A stretch of DNA of 64,000 nt from Paraspadella gotoi (GCA_051294375.1 CM119266.1:27229596-27293595), one strand, 5' to 3'; shown: positions 47,280-60,652, counted from the first letter of the stretch. Notes: generated from the sequence alone by a model not told the origin. A program made the numbers and translations.

Positions 47280-47478
47280 GGGGGTGGGTTATGTTTATTT
47301 GGCCGATGCGCATATCTCGACGACATCCCCAGTCAATATCCGGCAAGACGTAGATGGCAGATAAACAGAAATTTCGGAGATGGCAAACTGAGACGGCGGG
47401 AACGGCACGCCGTAGCAATGATGCCATTGCTGACGCGCAACTGCAAATGAACTCGTCACGGAATAAACTTTCTAAACA

Positions 47479-47680
47479 TTATGGTGGACTAAAATCCACC
47501 AACCGTTCATCAGCGCCATTGGTGCTGGAGGCAAGTCATTCGCCTCCAACCCAAAGGTCCGGGGTTCTAACCCGTGGCCGCCTAGCAGTTAAGAGGGACG
47601 GGGCGTTAACCCGCTGTAACATGGTGTTACAGCCTGATCCGAAGCTCAGGACTGCTTATAGGTTCTGTCATTAACACATA
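47479..47680 (+). mobile_element. Family-B tRNA-like/twister element (1-nt deletions, possibly read errors)
   Basis: TATGGTGGACTAAAATCCACCAACCGTTCATCAGCG...GCAGTTAAGAGGGACGGGGCGTTAACCCGCTGTAACATGGTGTTACAGCCTGATCCGAAGCTCAGGACTGC. Confidence 0.85.
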
Positions 47681-48369
47681 TCAATAATTACTGTCGCTTC
47701 AATATTTTAGTATTAACTATTAATAGTTGTTCACTCTAGTTTAATTTGGTCAAATATTTGAATTTATAGCAGTCACACCAGTGTGACATCAGGGTAACAA
47801 AAGCGTGGAATCAAATGTCAGCTGCATGTCTAAGATTTCAACAACAAAGGGCGAGGTCTTAACCTCGAGGAAAAACGTTACTATTTCTTTTTCGGCTCAA
47901 ACGCGATGATAATGAATAATTAGGAAAATTTAAATGGATATAAATATGAACAATAAGATATAAATGGCCAAAACTACGACTAGGAGTGTTTATTTTCTTA
48001 TTGAGTTATTCTTTTGCGAGTTGTGATCGAATACAAATGAAGAGAAAGAGAAAGAGAGATAAATCGTTTGGGTTTCGCGACCCCCGATTGTTTTCTCCTT
48101 GTCGCGAAGATCTGTCGAGACGTCGACCTTACTGCCTCTGTCGCTCTCTGTCTTTCTTTTTTTTCCCCCCTTCTTTTCTTTTCTTTATTTTCCCCCCTCT
48201 CTCTCTCTCTCCCCCATCGACCCCAAGAAAAGCTTGATCCCGCACGACCCTTGAAAACAGATTCGGACAATCATCCTTTGCATATTTTACACTCAACGTT
48301 CATTCAGTCTCACCATAACTTACCTATCTCTCTCTCTCTCTCTCTCTCGTAGGCAAATTACGGATCAAA

Positions 48370-48560
48370 AGACGAATCAAAAGGCAAGAAGACTGGTGTA
48401 CTTAATGGCGTCTAAAATTAGCCCCACACAAGTCAAATTTAATAATTTTCAGCCGTCTACAAAGCCACCTGAGGGCAGACGTCAGCTTGAGTCTCCTAGG
48501 CACAACGGTGGAGGTGGTCGACAAGGTAAAATTTCTGGGGGTAACGCTGGATCAAAAATT
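48370..48560 (+). pseudogene. Non-LTR retrotransposon (Jockey/I-group-like) RT fragment
   Basis: The frame reads EDWCT*WRLKLAPHKSNLIIFSR...VEVVDKVKFLGVTLDQKL, matching the WxLKxNxxKS and KYLGVxLDxKL motifs of LINE RTs, with an in-frame stop. Confidence 0.75.
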
Positions 48561-51500
48561 ATTAGTCTGCTACATTTTATGTCTACTAGGCCGGATCGAG
48601 TTCAGAGTTAGGCCTTGCCTGTCTGGGATTCCTGTACTTTCCATGTACTTAAATAAGTATATAAAGTTATTTTTATCTAAATGTAAAGTGCATTATTGAA
48701 TATTTACGTTTTAAAATTTTACCGCACTATAATATGCAAATGAGATTAAAGGACAAATGATTTCTCAATATAAATTAAAAATATTGGCAAATAAATTAAA
48801 ATCTGCACCGTTTTATCTCAACAGTAATATTTATATTTAAAATTTATATTTTTTTTGGAAAGGATATAAATAAAACTGAAAGATTTTGTAACCTCGCGTC
48901 CGGTCATTTTTCCCTGGTCTTTTTTCACCATTCTCGTAGCTTTCTTTTAGCCGAAAACCTCGTCACTTGTTATTCGATCATAATTGTTTCTCTGGAAAAG
49001 ATCGGACATATAGAACCGTAGTTTTTACGGAATCAAGGATTTTCTACACCAATTTATTGTACTTCATCAGTTTCGCCATTCATTTATTCTTTACAATAAA
49101 TAAACTTATTCACGAATTTCGCGTTTAACCTCAAATTATTTTTTTTACTTTTTCAAAGGCTTACAAAAAAAAGGTTTTATATATATTTTGCTAATCAAAT
49201 AATTTTTTTTCTCCTGTCAAAAGATCTTACAAGTTAAGAAAAAATAAATTTCGATTTGGGAATCAGATCGACAATTATTCAATTCCCTTTGCAATTTCAT
49301 CGCCAAGAAATAGAAAATCTTTCAGGAGAAAAAAGGTTGGCTTCACGACACCGCTGATTTTCTCCTGAGCCATCTGCTTCGTCATCTCCATCGTCATTTC
49401 CATCGTCATCACTTCCAACTTCATCGCCAACTTCAACACCATTTCCTTCGCCGGATCTATCATCGGCTCGACGACCGATTCCGTCGCCAAGGACGTCTCT
49501 GAGTTCAATGAAAAATAAATTCAATCAACAACCAAAGAACATTGTATGCATTATCTGCGAAGAAAACCACTTGACATCTTCCTACTCCCACTTTCGTAGA
49601 AGTGAATTAATGTTATTAAAATTTTAGCACAGATCTGGGAAGACTTTATTTATAAAACTTTTTGCTGAGGTTGAATCGATGTTTTACCAAAAATGGTTCT
49701 ATTTTTATTCGTTTTTATGACCCAATCAAGATCGTCAGTCTGAAATTTGTTTCTACGAATTTCTCAACCCTGTTTTTTACTCTTTTCTCTCATTAAACAT
49801 ACATTTTGTAACTCATTGACTCATTTTTTGATGGGGAACGCTTGAACGTTAGATAGAATAATTCTTCAGAAGAGAGAGAGGGAGAAAGAAAGGGTGAAAG
49901 AAGTCGATTGTATGTCCGTACAACCTTTGTTACGGTCAGGGGCTTTACACTGCAAAGTCTCAAAATGGAATTGGAAAAAAGTTATTTCCAAAGGTTAGCA
50001 TTGTTGACATTTCTTTTTCTGACTGATGTTTACAATATAGAATTAGCAAAATCCTAATGGAATTAAACATATAAAAGGGTTGGCAATAAATTTATATTAC
50101 TTTTTAAATATTTTTTTAATTGCTGCCAAATAGGGCATTTTAATAATAAATATTAAAAACAATCATTTTTTTAAAAATTATCTCAAAATTAAAACATAAT
50201 TTTATGATAAAAATAAATAGAGGCAAAGTTTTTATTAAAAAATAAAAAAATTAATTTTAATATAATTGTAAAAGTTTATATTAGTCTGCTTTAACACGAG
50301 ATGCCATAAGGAAAAAAACTTTGATGTGAAAAAGCTTTGAAATTAACGTTGGGTAAGTTATCACAACTGCTTTTTCTTTATTTTTAAAAGATTGTTTTTC
50401 TATATAGTTTCCCTACTTATTTTAATTTTATTTAGGTTGAAAATGATTGACACCTATCCCTACAGATATTTGATGCTGAATTTTTTCAGATCATTTCATA
50501 TTATAAATATAATAAGTCAGAGACTCTTCTTGATAAAAATAAATTTATTCTCGTCAGATGTTTTGTAACAATCAACTTCGACCTCCTATAAATTTCTGAC
50601 GCTTTAATCGATTTTAAGGGGACCTGGACCAATCGCTTTATCTTTCAATAAGCTTTGTTTTATGTTTCTATATTGCAGTGAAATTCATCCATCCAATATA
50701 ATTTTTTCGGTGTAAAAGAAGCGTTCTTTTTTTGCGCCGCAGTGTATTTATTTCTTTCACACGCTTATTCTCTTTGATATTGTTCATAAATCTTAATGTA
50801 GTGCTTTAAATACATACAATTTCCATTGCTTAACTGAAAAACAATTTTTTATTAATATTAAGTAAAACTAAAACCAAAACTAAAATTCGATGGTCACGTA
50901 ACCAATTTCCACCAATCATAGATCGCAATTGAAGATTCTTTTAAAAATTGTAAAATCTGCAGTAGATCCTGAATATTTTTTGGGAAATTTTTATTATCAA
51001 ATCAAATAAAACTACATTAGGTAAAGGAATCACCGACTGGCAACATATTTTGAAAAATTATATATGCATATGATCCGCCCTAATGTCTACCGTAATCATT
51101 AATTATGAAACGAAAGAACTCATCGAATATCCAGATATCGCCGATTTAGTATCTGCTTGTACTAGTTTGTGTCATAGGATTATGATTAACAGGTTATACG
51201 CTACGTACTAATGTTCAAACATTTAATATTTAAATCATAACAATACAATTGATTTGGACAATATGTTAGAACCAAGATAAAAAGAGATCTTTTAAAATAA
51301 ATTAAGAAAATCCTTTAAAATAAATTATACTTTATAGGCGCAAGCATGAAAGTTTATATGTCCCCCAGGAACGGTCTATTCTCTTCTTCCTAAATCCCGA
51401 GTCGCGCTTGTGTGTTCACTTGTGTGATCACTCAGTTCGAAGGCCCATTTCGACATCAAGATGAGAGTCGATCAGCCTTTAAAGGAGACCACGTATTAGA

Positions 51501-51742
51501 GAAGAAATTCGTCGGAGTTTGTGTTCGTCGTAATTGTTATGTTCGTCTCTCAATTGGGACCCAGTTCAGAACGCCGAGTACAGTCTTGTATGTTCTCGCA
51601 GCACCACCAATCCCCTAAATCACACACTTCCCTACCCACTCACAAAATTTCATTCCAATCCATCCATCCAATCACGAGTAATTTGCTAAGGTGGGACGAA
51701 CGGACAGACGGACATCGTTTTTTTTTTTTGCATAATTTATCA

Positions 51743-51872
51743 AAGTTTGATTTTATTTTTGCAACGAATTTTATTTTACAAGAGCAGACATGTTTCGGCT
51801 CACAATACGAGCCTTCATCAGCGCATATGAGTTTGTTAATCTCTCAAACAACGAAAAAAAAAGGAAAATTAC
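51743..51872 (-). mobile_element. 130-bp hammerhead-bearing insertion with 12-bp TSD
   Basis: Flanked by CATAATTTATCA at 51731-51742 and 51873-51884. The host repeat is uninterrupted at this point in the copy at ~33855. Confidence 0.85.
51784..51824 (-). ncRNA. Minimal type-I hammerhead ribozyme; predicted cleavage 51787/51786
   Basis: GCG-CTGATGA-A-GGCTC-GTATTGT-GAGCC-GAAA-CATGTC^TGC followed by AATAAAATTCGTTGC. Confidence 0.88.
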
Positions 51873-52280
51873 CATAATTTATCATAATTCGATGTTCTGA
51901 CATGATATAAGCGAATGCCCGACAAGATTGAGGGGGCGGACCGACGGACCGACAAAGTGAATTATAGAGCCGGGATCTGCTGAAAGCAGATCCGACTAAA
52001 AAGCAAGCGTTTTGTATTTTTTTATCGTAAATATTTTTTAAAATAATTTTTAGATTTTTGCCAAATATGAAAATATGCAAAATTACCAGTTTTACTTTTT
52101 TCATATCTTTTAATGACGCCCATGTACGAGATCATAATACGGAACGAAAAAAATGCAGGTGATGTCCGCAAATTATCTAAATAAACCGACTTACATTCAG
52201 AAGAAAAATAAAAATCAAAGAAAATAAAAAAAAATATAAAAAAATATATTGAAGAGATAGTAATTATTTTATGTTGTTAG

Positions 52281-52420
52281 TGGACAGACCGTTCAATATA
52301 AGCATCCTGAGCTTCGGATCAGCTGATACACCGTGCTACAGCGGGTTAGGCGCCCGTCCCTCTCTAACTGCGAGCGACCACCGGCGCTAGAACCCAGGAC
52401 CTTTGGGTTGGACGAGCGAA
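52281..52420 (-). mobile_element. Noisy family-B copy (twister + partial tRNA-like module)
   Basis: GACCGTTCAATATAAGCATCCTGAGCTTCGGATCAG...CCCGTCCCTC...AGAACCCAGGACCTTTGGGTTGG. Confidence 0.75.
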
Positions 52421-53800
52421 TTTCAATGATTAGAATTCATTTCAAAAAGTTACAATATTCATCATGTTAACCTAATGTCTCCTGGGCAATCTCCTAAAAG
52501 TTTAAAATTTCTTGCCCCTTTTATACTTATTTGAAAATTAAATAGACAATTAAAAACGACTTTTACTTTTGAGAATACTAACCAATAATTGGATCAGAAA
52601 GGTCTCGTCCAATCAGAATAAAGAACCAAATATTAACCAATGAAATCATGGAATAGAGGACGAGTTTGAGATTTAAAGCTACTAACGTTATTGGTATTCT
52701 ATATAAAACCGAATATTAATTTCGAAAATTAATTTATTATTTATAAACTATTTAACATAACATAACTTTCGATAGAACTGTTGGGGATTCGAATCTTTCA
52801 ATACTTTACCCCGAACAAACTGACATTGACTATGCTATTCAAGCCTATTCTATTTAAGGTTCATTACTACTTTTTCTTCTTTAATCCTCCTCACCTTAAC
52901 GGGTTTTTAATCCTAAATGATGCAAGTTGAAAAAAAATTATTAGTGCCACAGTAACAGTTCAGCTTAAGCCCTTGAAAGCGATTTACATGTATTGGCGCA
53001 GCTACTGGTTCTTCGAGTAACCGAAACTAACCATCGCTCTCCACCTTATTTTCCTCTTTTTATCTCTACTTCTCTCTCTCTCTTCTTCCCCTGTCTTTTC
53101 GTCAATTAATGACTGCTGTATAGCGATGAAAGGCTGACAGAATAATAAAAGTTAACGAAAAAAAACATGTTATCACATCCCTGACTCAACCTCTAACTCG
53201 TTCCACATCCCTGTTTCTTCCTTAACCCGTCCATAACGAAAAGCTTTAACAACGACAACTCTTAAAATAAAAGGAAAACCACTCAAGTTTCCACCAAAAT
53301 ACCAATGCGCAAGAAAAATCCATGGGTTCTCCCCTCCTTGCGCTTACCCAGATGCCACCTTCCTCACGAGCTCACGACCTCTTCCTTTCGTTTGATGAGG
53401 TTTCGTCGAGGTTTCACTTAAACCTATCGATATCAGATAATCAATTCATTTTCGTGTCACTATGTCGATAATTTGAAATATCATCGCAAACTTACGTTAA
53501 AATTTCGTAATGTACATACAAACCCATCAATTTTAAATATTTGGATATCAAAAAGATCACCCAAAGACTCCTGAATCGTTTTAGGAATATAATAATAATA
53601 TGATATAATATAATATATAATAATATAATACATTGCCTCTCTCTCCTCCCTCCCCCCCTCTGACGTCTAACCGAGAATCGAACCCATACAATCGTTTTTC
53701 CCCTGTTGTCGTTTGGTGTAAACAAAAGACGAGGTTTTAACCGAAAATCGATACTTTCGATCGGGAAGAAAACGAGAGAGAGAGTGAGAGAGAGAGAGAT

Positions 53801-53845
<45 letters not shown>

Positions 53846-54825
53846 CTACTTTTGGCACAAAGCAACAAACGATACGGAAAAAACTAACAACAACGACGGC
53901 AATTGTTTTTCAGTTAGAACTTCGTATTTTCGAAGTTGTTTTTTTTCCCCATAAACACCTACCAAAGAAAAAAATTCACGAGAGGCCGGAAGCGGGAATT
54001 TTGAACCAAGTTAGTCTGTTTTGTGCTTGTGTGGTTGTTGTTGTTGGCCTTTGTTGTTGTATTGTTTGACCTCGTTGAACTCCGCGACACAACCTGCTTT
54101 CGCCCTTCGTGCAGTGCAACGACGATCGATGGTTACCGAGGGCTGTGCCAGCGGCCGCATCGGCTGAAAGCGGCGGAAGCGGCGGCTACCGGCGAGGCAG
54201 GGCAGCGGTGGTCCAGCGGCAGCGGCTGGTGCATGCGGCAGCGGCAGCCTTCAGGCGCCCGGAAGAAAAAATCCCAGAGGCTGTTTTGTTCAACTCCACC
54301 GTTCAAGGAGACGAAGGAAGACGATGGAAATGACGTACGACGACGACGACAGTGATAGCACTATGGGAAATTACAGGTGCTTAGGAGAGCACGCAGATGC
54401 GACGAGAAGAACGGGACGCACTATCACACGTACGACCGGAACTTTATAAGATATATATACTTTCATCCGGCGAGTAACACGTTGGCGGAGGATGCAGTTA
54501 GGGAAGATTGAAAATCTGAAATTAAAATGGGCGATGCCGAGAAAGGAGGAATAAGAATAGAAAAAAAAAGAAAAAGAAAAAGAGAAATAGAAGCTCGGAG
54601 GAAGTCAACAAGTCAAGATTAGTCTGGATTTATGATTGGTCGACTTGGGACACATTCTTTCTTTCTTTCTTTTCTTTCTGTAAAGAATGCGCAGATGAGT
54701 GTTTAACAGAAAGGTGACTCGTGGGGGAGAAAAATTGCAGATGTTAAAAAGGCGAGAGGCAAAATAGGGTGAGCTAAAATTTCTGAATTTCACCATTTAG
54801 TTTATATGGATAAATAAATATGTTG

Positions 54826-54958
54826 TGGTCTCGCTTTGCCCAACGCGATCTCATAGAGAGATAGAGATGGACACTACCGCCTGGATATGTTTCCCATAAG
54901 AGCCAAAGGATTTGGCTGACGATGTGGCGTGAGGCGGTTGTGAATATAATCGCACAGT
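54826..54958 (-). mobile_element. Noisy 5' fragment of family-A element
   Basis: GGTCTCGCTTTGCCCAACGC...GTGAGGCGGTTGTGAATATA resembles 46286-46420. Confidence 0.55.
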
Positions 54959-55170
54959 GTCACCGGACCAAGAACATGCACTCAGGTTCCTCAAGCCTGA
55001 GAGGTGTCTGACAGACTGTCACCGATAGTGGAAGAGAGATGAGAGCTGCGAGTTGTAGAAGAGATACGGAGATATTGATAGATAGATACGATAGGCGTTT
55101 TGCGTAGTACCGAAGAAGAGAAGGCGTTGTCGTAGCGTACCCATAGATACAGATATAATGTCGGGCTCAA

Positions 55171-55437
55171 CTTAATGGCAACGGGAAGGATAGCCTGTGA
55201 TACCGGGGCGCGGTATCTTCACCAACTGGCGTAGGGGCTGCGGACCCTCAGTGACGCGCCTCCTGTCACTGGCATGTTTATGACCGGCACCGTCACATTT
55301 AAGCCAGAACCTAAGAGGGACCCAGGGTTGAAGCCCGGGACGCACGTTGGAATGAGATGATTTAGCATAACTCAGCACATTGAGAACGAGGCCTGAGGAC
55401 GGAGACAGCAGTGAGGCATATTAAGTCTTGCTGCCAA
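55171..55437 (-). mobile_element. Family-C element with type-P5 twister (55226-55307), noisy copy 1
   Basis: Minus strand CTGGC-TTAA-ATGT-GA-CGG-...-TAA-ACAT-GC-C-AGTGAC..GTCACT-G-AGGG-TCCGCAGC-CCCT-AC-GCCAG, with perfect P2 and P4. Confidence 0.7.
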
Positions 55438-55648
55438 AGACCACTCAGAAATATATACAGGGGCTCTCAATCCTGAGGAGATGTGAGAGAAGGTTATATA
55501 TATATTAGAAATAGTGAGCGAGCGGGCCGAGGAGCGGCGAAGTCTGGAGCGTATACAAGATAGGGCATAGCGTGATATGCATACCCTAAGCGACGTAAGC
55601 TAGAGATAGAGAGTCGGTATACGTGTTAGCTAGGTAGGTGCTCACCAC

Positions 55649-55917
55649 TTAATGGCATACGGGAGGATAGCTGTGATACCGCGGGGCGCGGGGTATCTCA
55701 CCAACTGGCGGTAGGGGCTTGCGGACGCCTCTAGTGACCGCCCTCCTGTCACTGGCATGTTTAACGGCACCGTCACATTTAAAGCCAGAAACGGGATACC
55801 CAGGTGATTGAACTCGGGACGCACGGAATGGAATGAGATGATTAGCCTGCTTCATGCCATTGAACGGAGGCTGAGGACGGAACAGCACAAAGTGAGGCAT
55901 CTTTAAGTCTTGCTGGC
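55649..55917 (-). mobile_element. Family-C element with type-P5 twister (55705-55788), noisy copy 2
   Basis: CTGGC-TTTAA-ATGT-GA-CGG-TGCCGT-TAA-ACAT-GCC-AGTGAC...TCCGCAAGC-CCCT...GCCAG, about 480 bp from copy 1. Confidence 0.7.
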
Positions 55918-56241
55918 CATCAAGTGTATTATATTTCTCATCTTTGATATTAATTTGTGAGCTTAGTGTGTATTGATTTTTTTTTTCTTATTTTTGTTTT
56001 CTTTTTTCATTTTTTAGCCTTCATTTTGTGTTTTCTTTCTCTTTTTTTCTTTTTTTTTCTATAAAAAAAAATTCTCCTTTTTTTTATTTTTGGTCAACCC
56101 TATCTTAGTTTTTTTTTCTACTCTTCTCTTCGATGTGACGTCTCAATAGATAGAAGAAACAAAAATGGCGATCAGTGTGAGAAGACGACGATCTCTCTCT
56201 CCCTCCTCTCTCTTCTTTCTCTCCTCTCTCTCTCTTCATTC

Positions 56242-56272
<31 letters not shown>

Positions 56273-59200
56273 TCCTCTTCCTCTCTCTCTTTCACCAGCT
56301 CCACCGCATTTGAACTTTTTCAAAGAAAAAAAAATTTTTCGCCCTGGTTCTCTCTTTTCTTCTCTTACTTCTCTCTCCTCTTTCTTCTCTCTTCTCTTTT
56401 CATTGCTTAATTCTTTCTCTGTGATTAATCATTTCGACGAACTCATGACGACGCAAAAATAATGAAATAAATTTTAGAAGAAAAATGCTAAGAAACATTT
56501 TGTAAAAAATTGTTAAGATAAAAAAAAGGGAAGAAGGAAAAGTCGGAATTCCGATGTCCTTTCGACGATATCGAAGAAATGGCGGCGGGGATGATTTAAG
56601 TGCACAACTTTTTCCTTCTTTTCCAAAATTTTTATAATTGTGTTTTTCTTTTTTAAATTGAATTTTACATACTTTTTACAAATTCTTCTGGCAGATCGGG
56701 ATGAGGAAAAACTCTCTGAAAATTCGGTAGACGTTAGACAGAGAGTCAGCTGATTTAGGTTATGCGCAGGACCTATCTCAAGGAATACGCGCCAGAAATT
56801 TGGGCAAGGCTCGTCATTACCATGGACATGGGCATGGGCAATGGCTTGGGAATGACGGAAATGCGTCGAAAATATACAAGAGAACCTGCGTATCACGACG
56901 AAGAAACAGACAAAGACAGAGTTCACGCCGCGACCACATACGTACGACACGGATAAAAAAACCTCTTCGTGATAGACTAAGTCTTAATCTGTTATCTTAA
57001 TTTAAGATTTCGCTCGTCGTCGCAGCCACCCTCAAAAAATGCAATACTTGCCATCATGTCCGGAATACAACCCTCCAAAGCGTCCATCTTTTCCGAACAA
57101 AGGAGCTCCACTATTCACCTCCAGCGCCGCTACAACCCACCGAAAACAAAAGTGCCGTTTTACAGGATGGCTTCTCGTCACCACCCACGTTAGTTTAGTA
57201 TTCCCCACTCACAGATCACACCGCCTCCGTGCCCTCCTATACCACCCACGTTCAAAAGAGGAACCGATGACGGGATAGCCCCCTCCAAAACGCAAACCTT
57301 TTTCTAGCGCCCCGCATCAGGGAAATTCACACCCTCGTCACCCACCGACCGCGCGCGCTTTTCCTCTTCGAAAAAATCCTCGGCGGTTGGTAATCTTGTT
57401 TTTTCCAGCGCGTGATCGGCAAATTGAAGAAAATAATTTGGGGGAGAATCTTCGACGTCTCTCTCTCTCTCTTCTTTCTCTCTCTCTCTCTCCTCTCTCT
57501 CTATCCTCTCTCTCTCTATCTTCCTGCTCTCTCTCTTCTCTCTCTTCTCTCTGCTCCTAACTCTCTCCCCTCCAGTCGCCCTTTGCCTATACAAAGTTGT
57601 TTTTAGCGCCCCGTAAATTCATTTTTTTTCCGGCTTGATAGAAAAAAAAAATTTCCCCCTTTTTGGTCTCGGAACCAAACCGATTTCTCATTTCCGGTTC
57701 ACGACGAGGTGGCTTTCACCTTTTATCTTTCTGTCTTCTGTCTTTTTGTTGATTTTCCCTTTTTTCTCCTATATATTCTCTTGTCTTTTTTCTTTCTTTC
57801 TTTCTTTTTCTTTTTTTCTTGTCTTTTTCTTTTTTCTTCTTTCTTTCTTTCTTCTTTCTTTCTTTCTTTCTTCTTCTTTTCTTTTCTATGTTTTCTTTTC
57901 TTTTTTTTTCCTTCTGTTCATGCTTCTGATTATGTCTTTCCCTTTGTGTTTGTATTCCTTATTTTCCTACGATCTTGTTCCTTTTGTTTCTTCGATCGCT
58001 CACATTCTACGCTACCTTCTCTCTTTTCTCTTTCTTCGCGATTCAGTTTCCTCTTTTGTTTCCTCACTCACCGTTCACTCGCGTCACCTTTCTCTCACTA
58101 CAACTTCTCTCTATTACTATTCTTAATCTCTCTCTATTTCTTCCTTGTTTTCCCTCCACAGTGCGAAGAAATCTCCCGTTCGATTCCTACTCGGGAAAAC
58201 AACATTCTTGTTCGCCGGCTTCTATTATTTTTATGTAAATTGGATATCCTTCTCAGCTTCGGCATTTAAAATATAATATAATATAAATTTTACTTTTCTC
58301 ACTTTTGACGAAGTTTAAATTTTGTTTGTAAAAAAAATACTCGTCCTCTGGCCTCCATTATCCTGATCTCTTCGTCCTCAGTGTTCCTTCTTTTCGACTC
58401 TTCTTTATGCCGCTGTCGTTGTCTTTTTTTTTTTTGATGCATTTCCTCATCTTCTTCTCAACAGAAGAGATTATAGATTATCAACTCTTTGTTTTTTATT
58501 CAAAGGACAACAAACCATCGACGGTTAGAAAAAAGGTCTACTTTGAAGGAATTTGTTTATGCGATAAGTTTCTTAAACGAATTTTAAGGAACTTTATAAC
58601 GAATTTTACCTGATGTGAGAGAAGTCCAAATAAAGAATGGCTGCTCTGATTTTGCCACTTTTGGACAAAAGGGCTGTTTGCCCTGGTACTACGTAGAATG
58701 AGCTTAGTGTGGCGAGTCGTGGAATGACCTGCACGACCGCAATCTTAAGCGCTGCGATAGCGGAGGCGAAGGAGTCGCGACTACGGACTCGGCTTTAAAG
58801 GTGGCGGGGTGTTAGGACATAAGAGTACAAAGCAGCGGCACGCGGCGGACGGGCGGTGGAGTAGGCCTCGGCGGCGGATAACAGTGAGAGCAGTAGTGGC
58901 GGTGTATGTCGGCGATGGAGATGGAGGCAGAGGTGCGTTGCGCATGCGCCTTCGGTGTTTATCCTCAGGATTCGAGTTATTTTCCCTCTTCTCGTCGGAT
59001 CCGCGTAAACAGACGTCGAGGCGTCGTTTCCGTCGCGCGTTTCGCCTCATATTTATATTCTCCCCTTTTCTTGTTTTTTTTTTTGCTCCGGGAAAATAAG
59101 AAAAGCCGCGATCGGCTCGAGCGGATTGGCGGTGGAAAGGGGGGGGGGTAGAAAATTGGAGATTGGTGAATCGTTCAAGTTCTCACTGCTCGTCGTTTCT

Positions 59201-59403
59201 GCTCATAAGTAATTTTCCTAAAAACTAAAATTCTACTACATAAAAATTATCATTTAAACACTCGGCATAATCGTGAACTGTTTTACGAGAACGCGTCTAT
59301 GCGTATTTCCCAACTCACGAACGATCGAAATTAATTCGCCAATGTTATCCCGAACTATTCCTTTAATGAGAAACGATTAAAACACAGAAAAGCATTTCAG
59401 GTC

Positions 59404-59485
59404 CTCATTAGGGAACGATTAGGCGTTCGTTCTCGGCTCATTAGCGAACGATTAGGCGTTCGTTCTCGGCTCATTAGCGAACGAT
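59404..59485. repeat. 33-bp tandem repeat (~2.5 units)
   Basis: CTCATTAGCGAACGATTAGGCGTTCGTTCTCGG repeated. Confidence 0.9.
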
Positions 59486-60090
59486 TTGGACGCGAGATCG
59501 GGGCCCGGGGCCGCCTTCCGGAGGATTTGGGGTTCGAGGTTTCGGAGTCGATGTCGCCGACGCAAATTCGAGACGAAAATTCGGAGACGCAATGAGAATA
59601 AATCGGAAATGAGCAAAACAAAAAAGACGTTACAGTTTGGACTCAAGGTCCGTAGGGGAGATTGATTAGAGAGGGGGGAGTTAAAATAATGGATGGCTGA
59701 ATGAACGAACTGAAAATATGTGAATGAATGAATTGAAAAAAAAAAACAATAACCTGTTCTTTCCTTTTGTTTTCTTTTCAACAATTTCTGGACAAGAAAA
59801 GCGTAGAGATGAGAAAAAAAATCAGGACTGATTGATAAATTTACTTTAGTTCTCTAGTGATGGCAAGATATATATATGCAATGAAATTTTTTTTTATTTA
59901 AACCCAAAGAAGAAAAAAAATGACAAAATAATAACAAAAAAATAGTAACAATAGGAAAATAAATAAAAAGAATAAGAAGAACGCGATTTGTTAGAGAGCG
60001 ACTGGAGTTTCTTTCTTTTTTCTTTCTTTCCCGAAAACGTCGTCACGAATAATTCTTCAGGGAGAATCCATAAAAAAACGGAAAAGTAAT

Positions 60091-60141
<51 letters not shown>

Positions 60142-60621
60142 AGAAGATAGACAAGACAGACACGAAAGTAAGGTGAAAGTATGGTAATAAGGTCGAACAG
60201 AAACTCTTTGACTTATGTCGCCGTGAAAGAAGAAGCTGGTAATGAATTGTTTATTAGTCCCTTTGTGCAGTAAGAGAGAGATGAGTGAGAAGAAAACCAG
60301 AGACAGAGAGAAGATGAAGGAGCTCTCCATCAGAATCCATGGCCTTAAAGAGGTCGACTTTAATTTTCGGCAGCTTAGTTAAGAGTTGGGGTTGCCTGAT
60401 TGGGAGATGGGGTCAAATAAGTCAAGCGAACCTGTTGATATCGTGGTGAGGCTGTAGGCGCAATGTGCGGTGATGAATTATGAGAGATTAGATGGAGAGA
60501 AAGAGAGAGGGAAGAAAAGGGTGGTTTTTTGACTTTTCTTTCTTCGTTTTGTCTGGGGATCGTCTTAAGGGTCTGGATGTTGATGTGGCAGGGTTTCTTT
60601 TACTTTCTTTCGTTATGTTTT

Positions 60622-60652
<31 letters not shown>

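Noticed and set aside
49275-49524. Acidic minus-strand ORFs
   Set aside because: GAT/GAC-rich low complexity; no identifiable family.
54023-54355. GC-rich Ala/Gly ORFs
   Set aside because: Several frames are open owing to GCG/GCA repeats; no motif or splice support.
56762-57278. Short protein-like ORFs in a noisy region
   Set aside because: Could be exon fragments, but no homology recognised and local sequence quality is poor.
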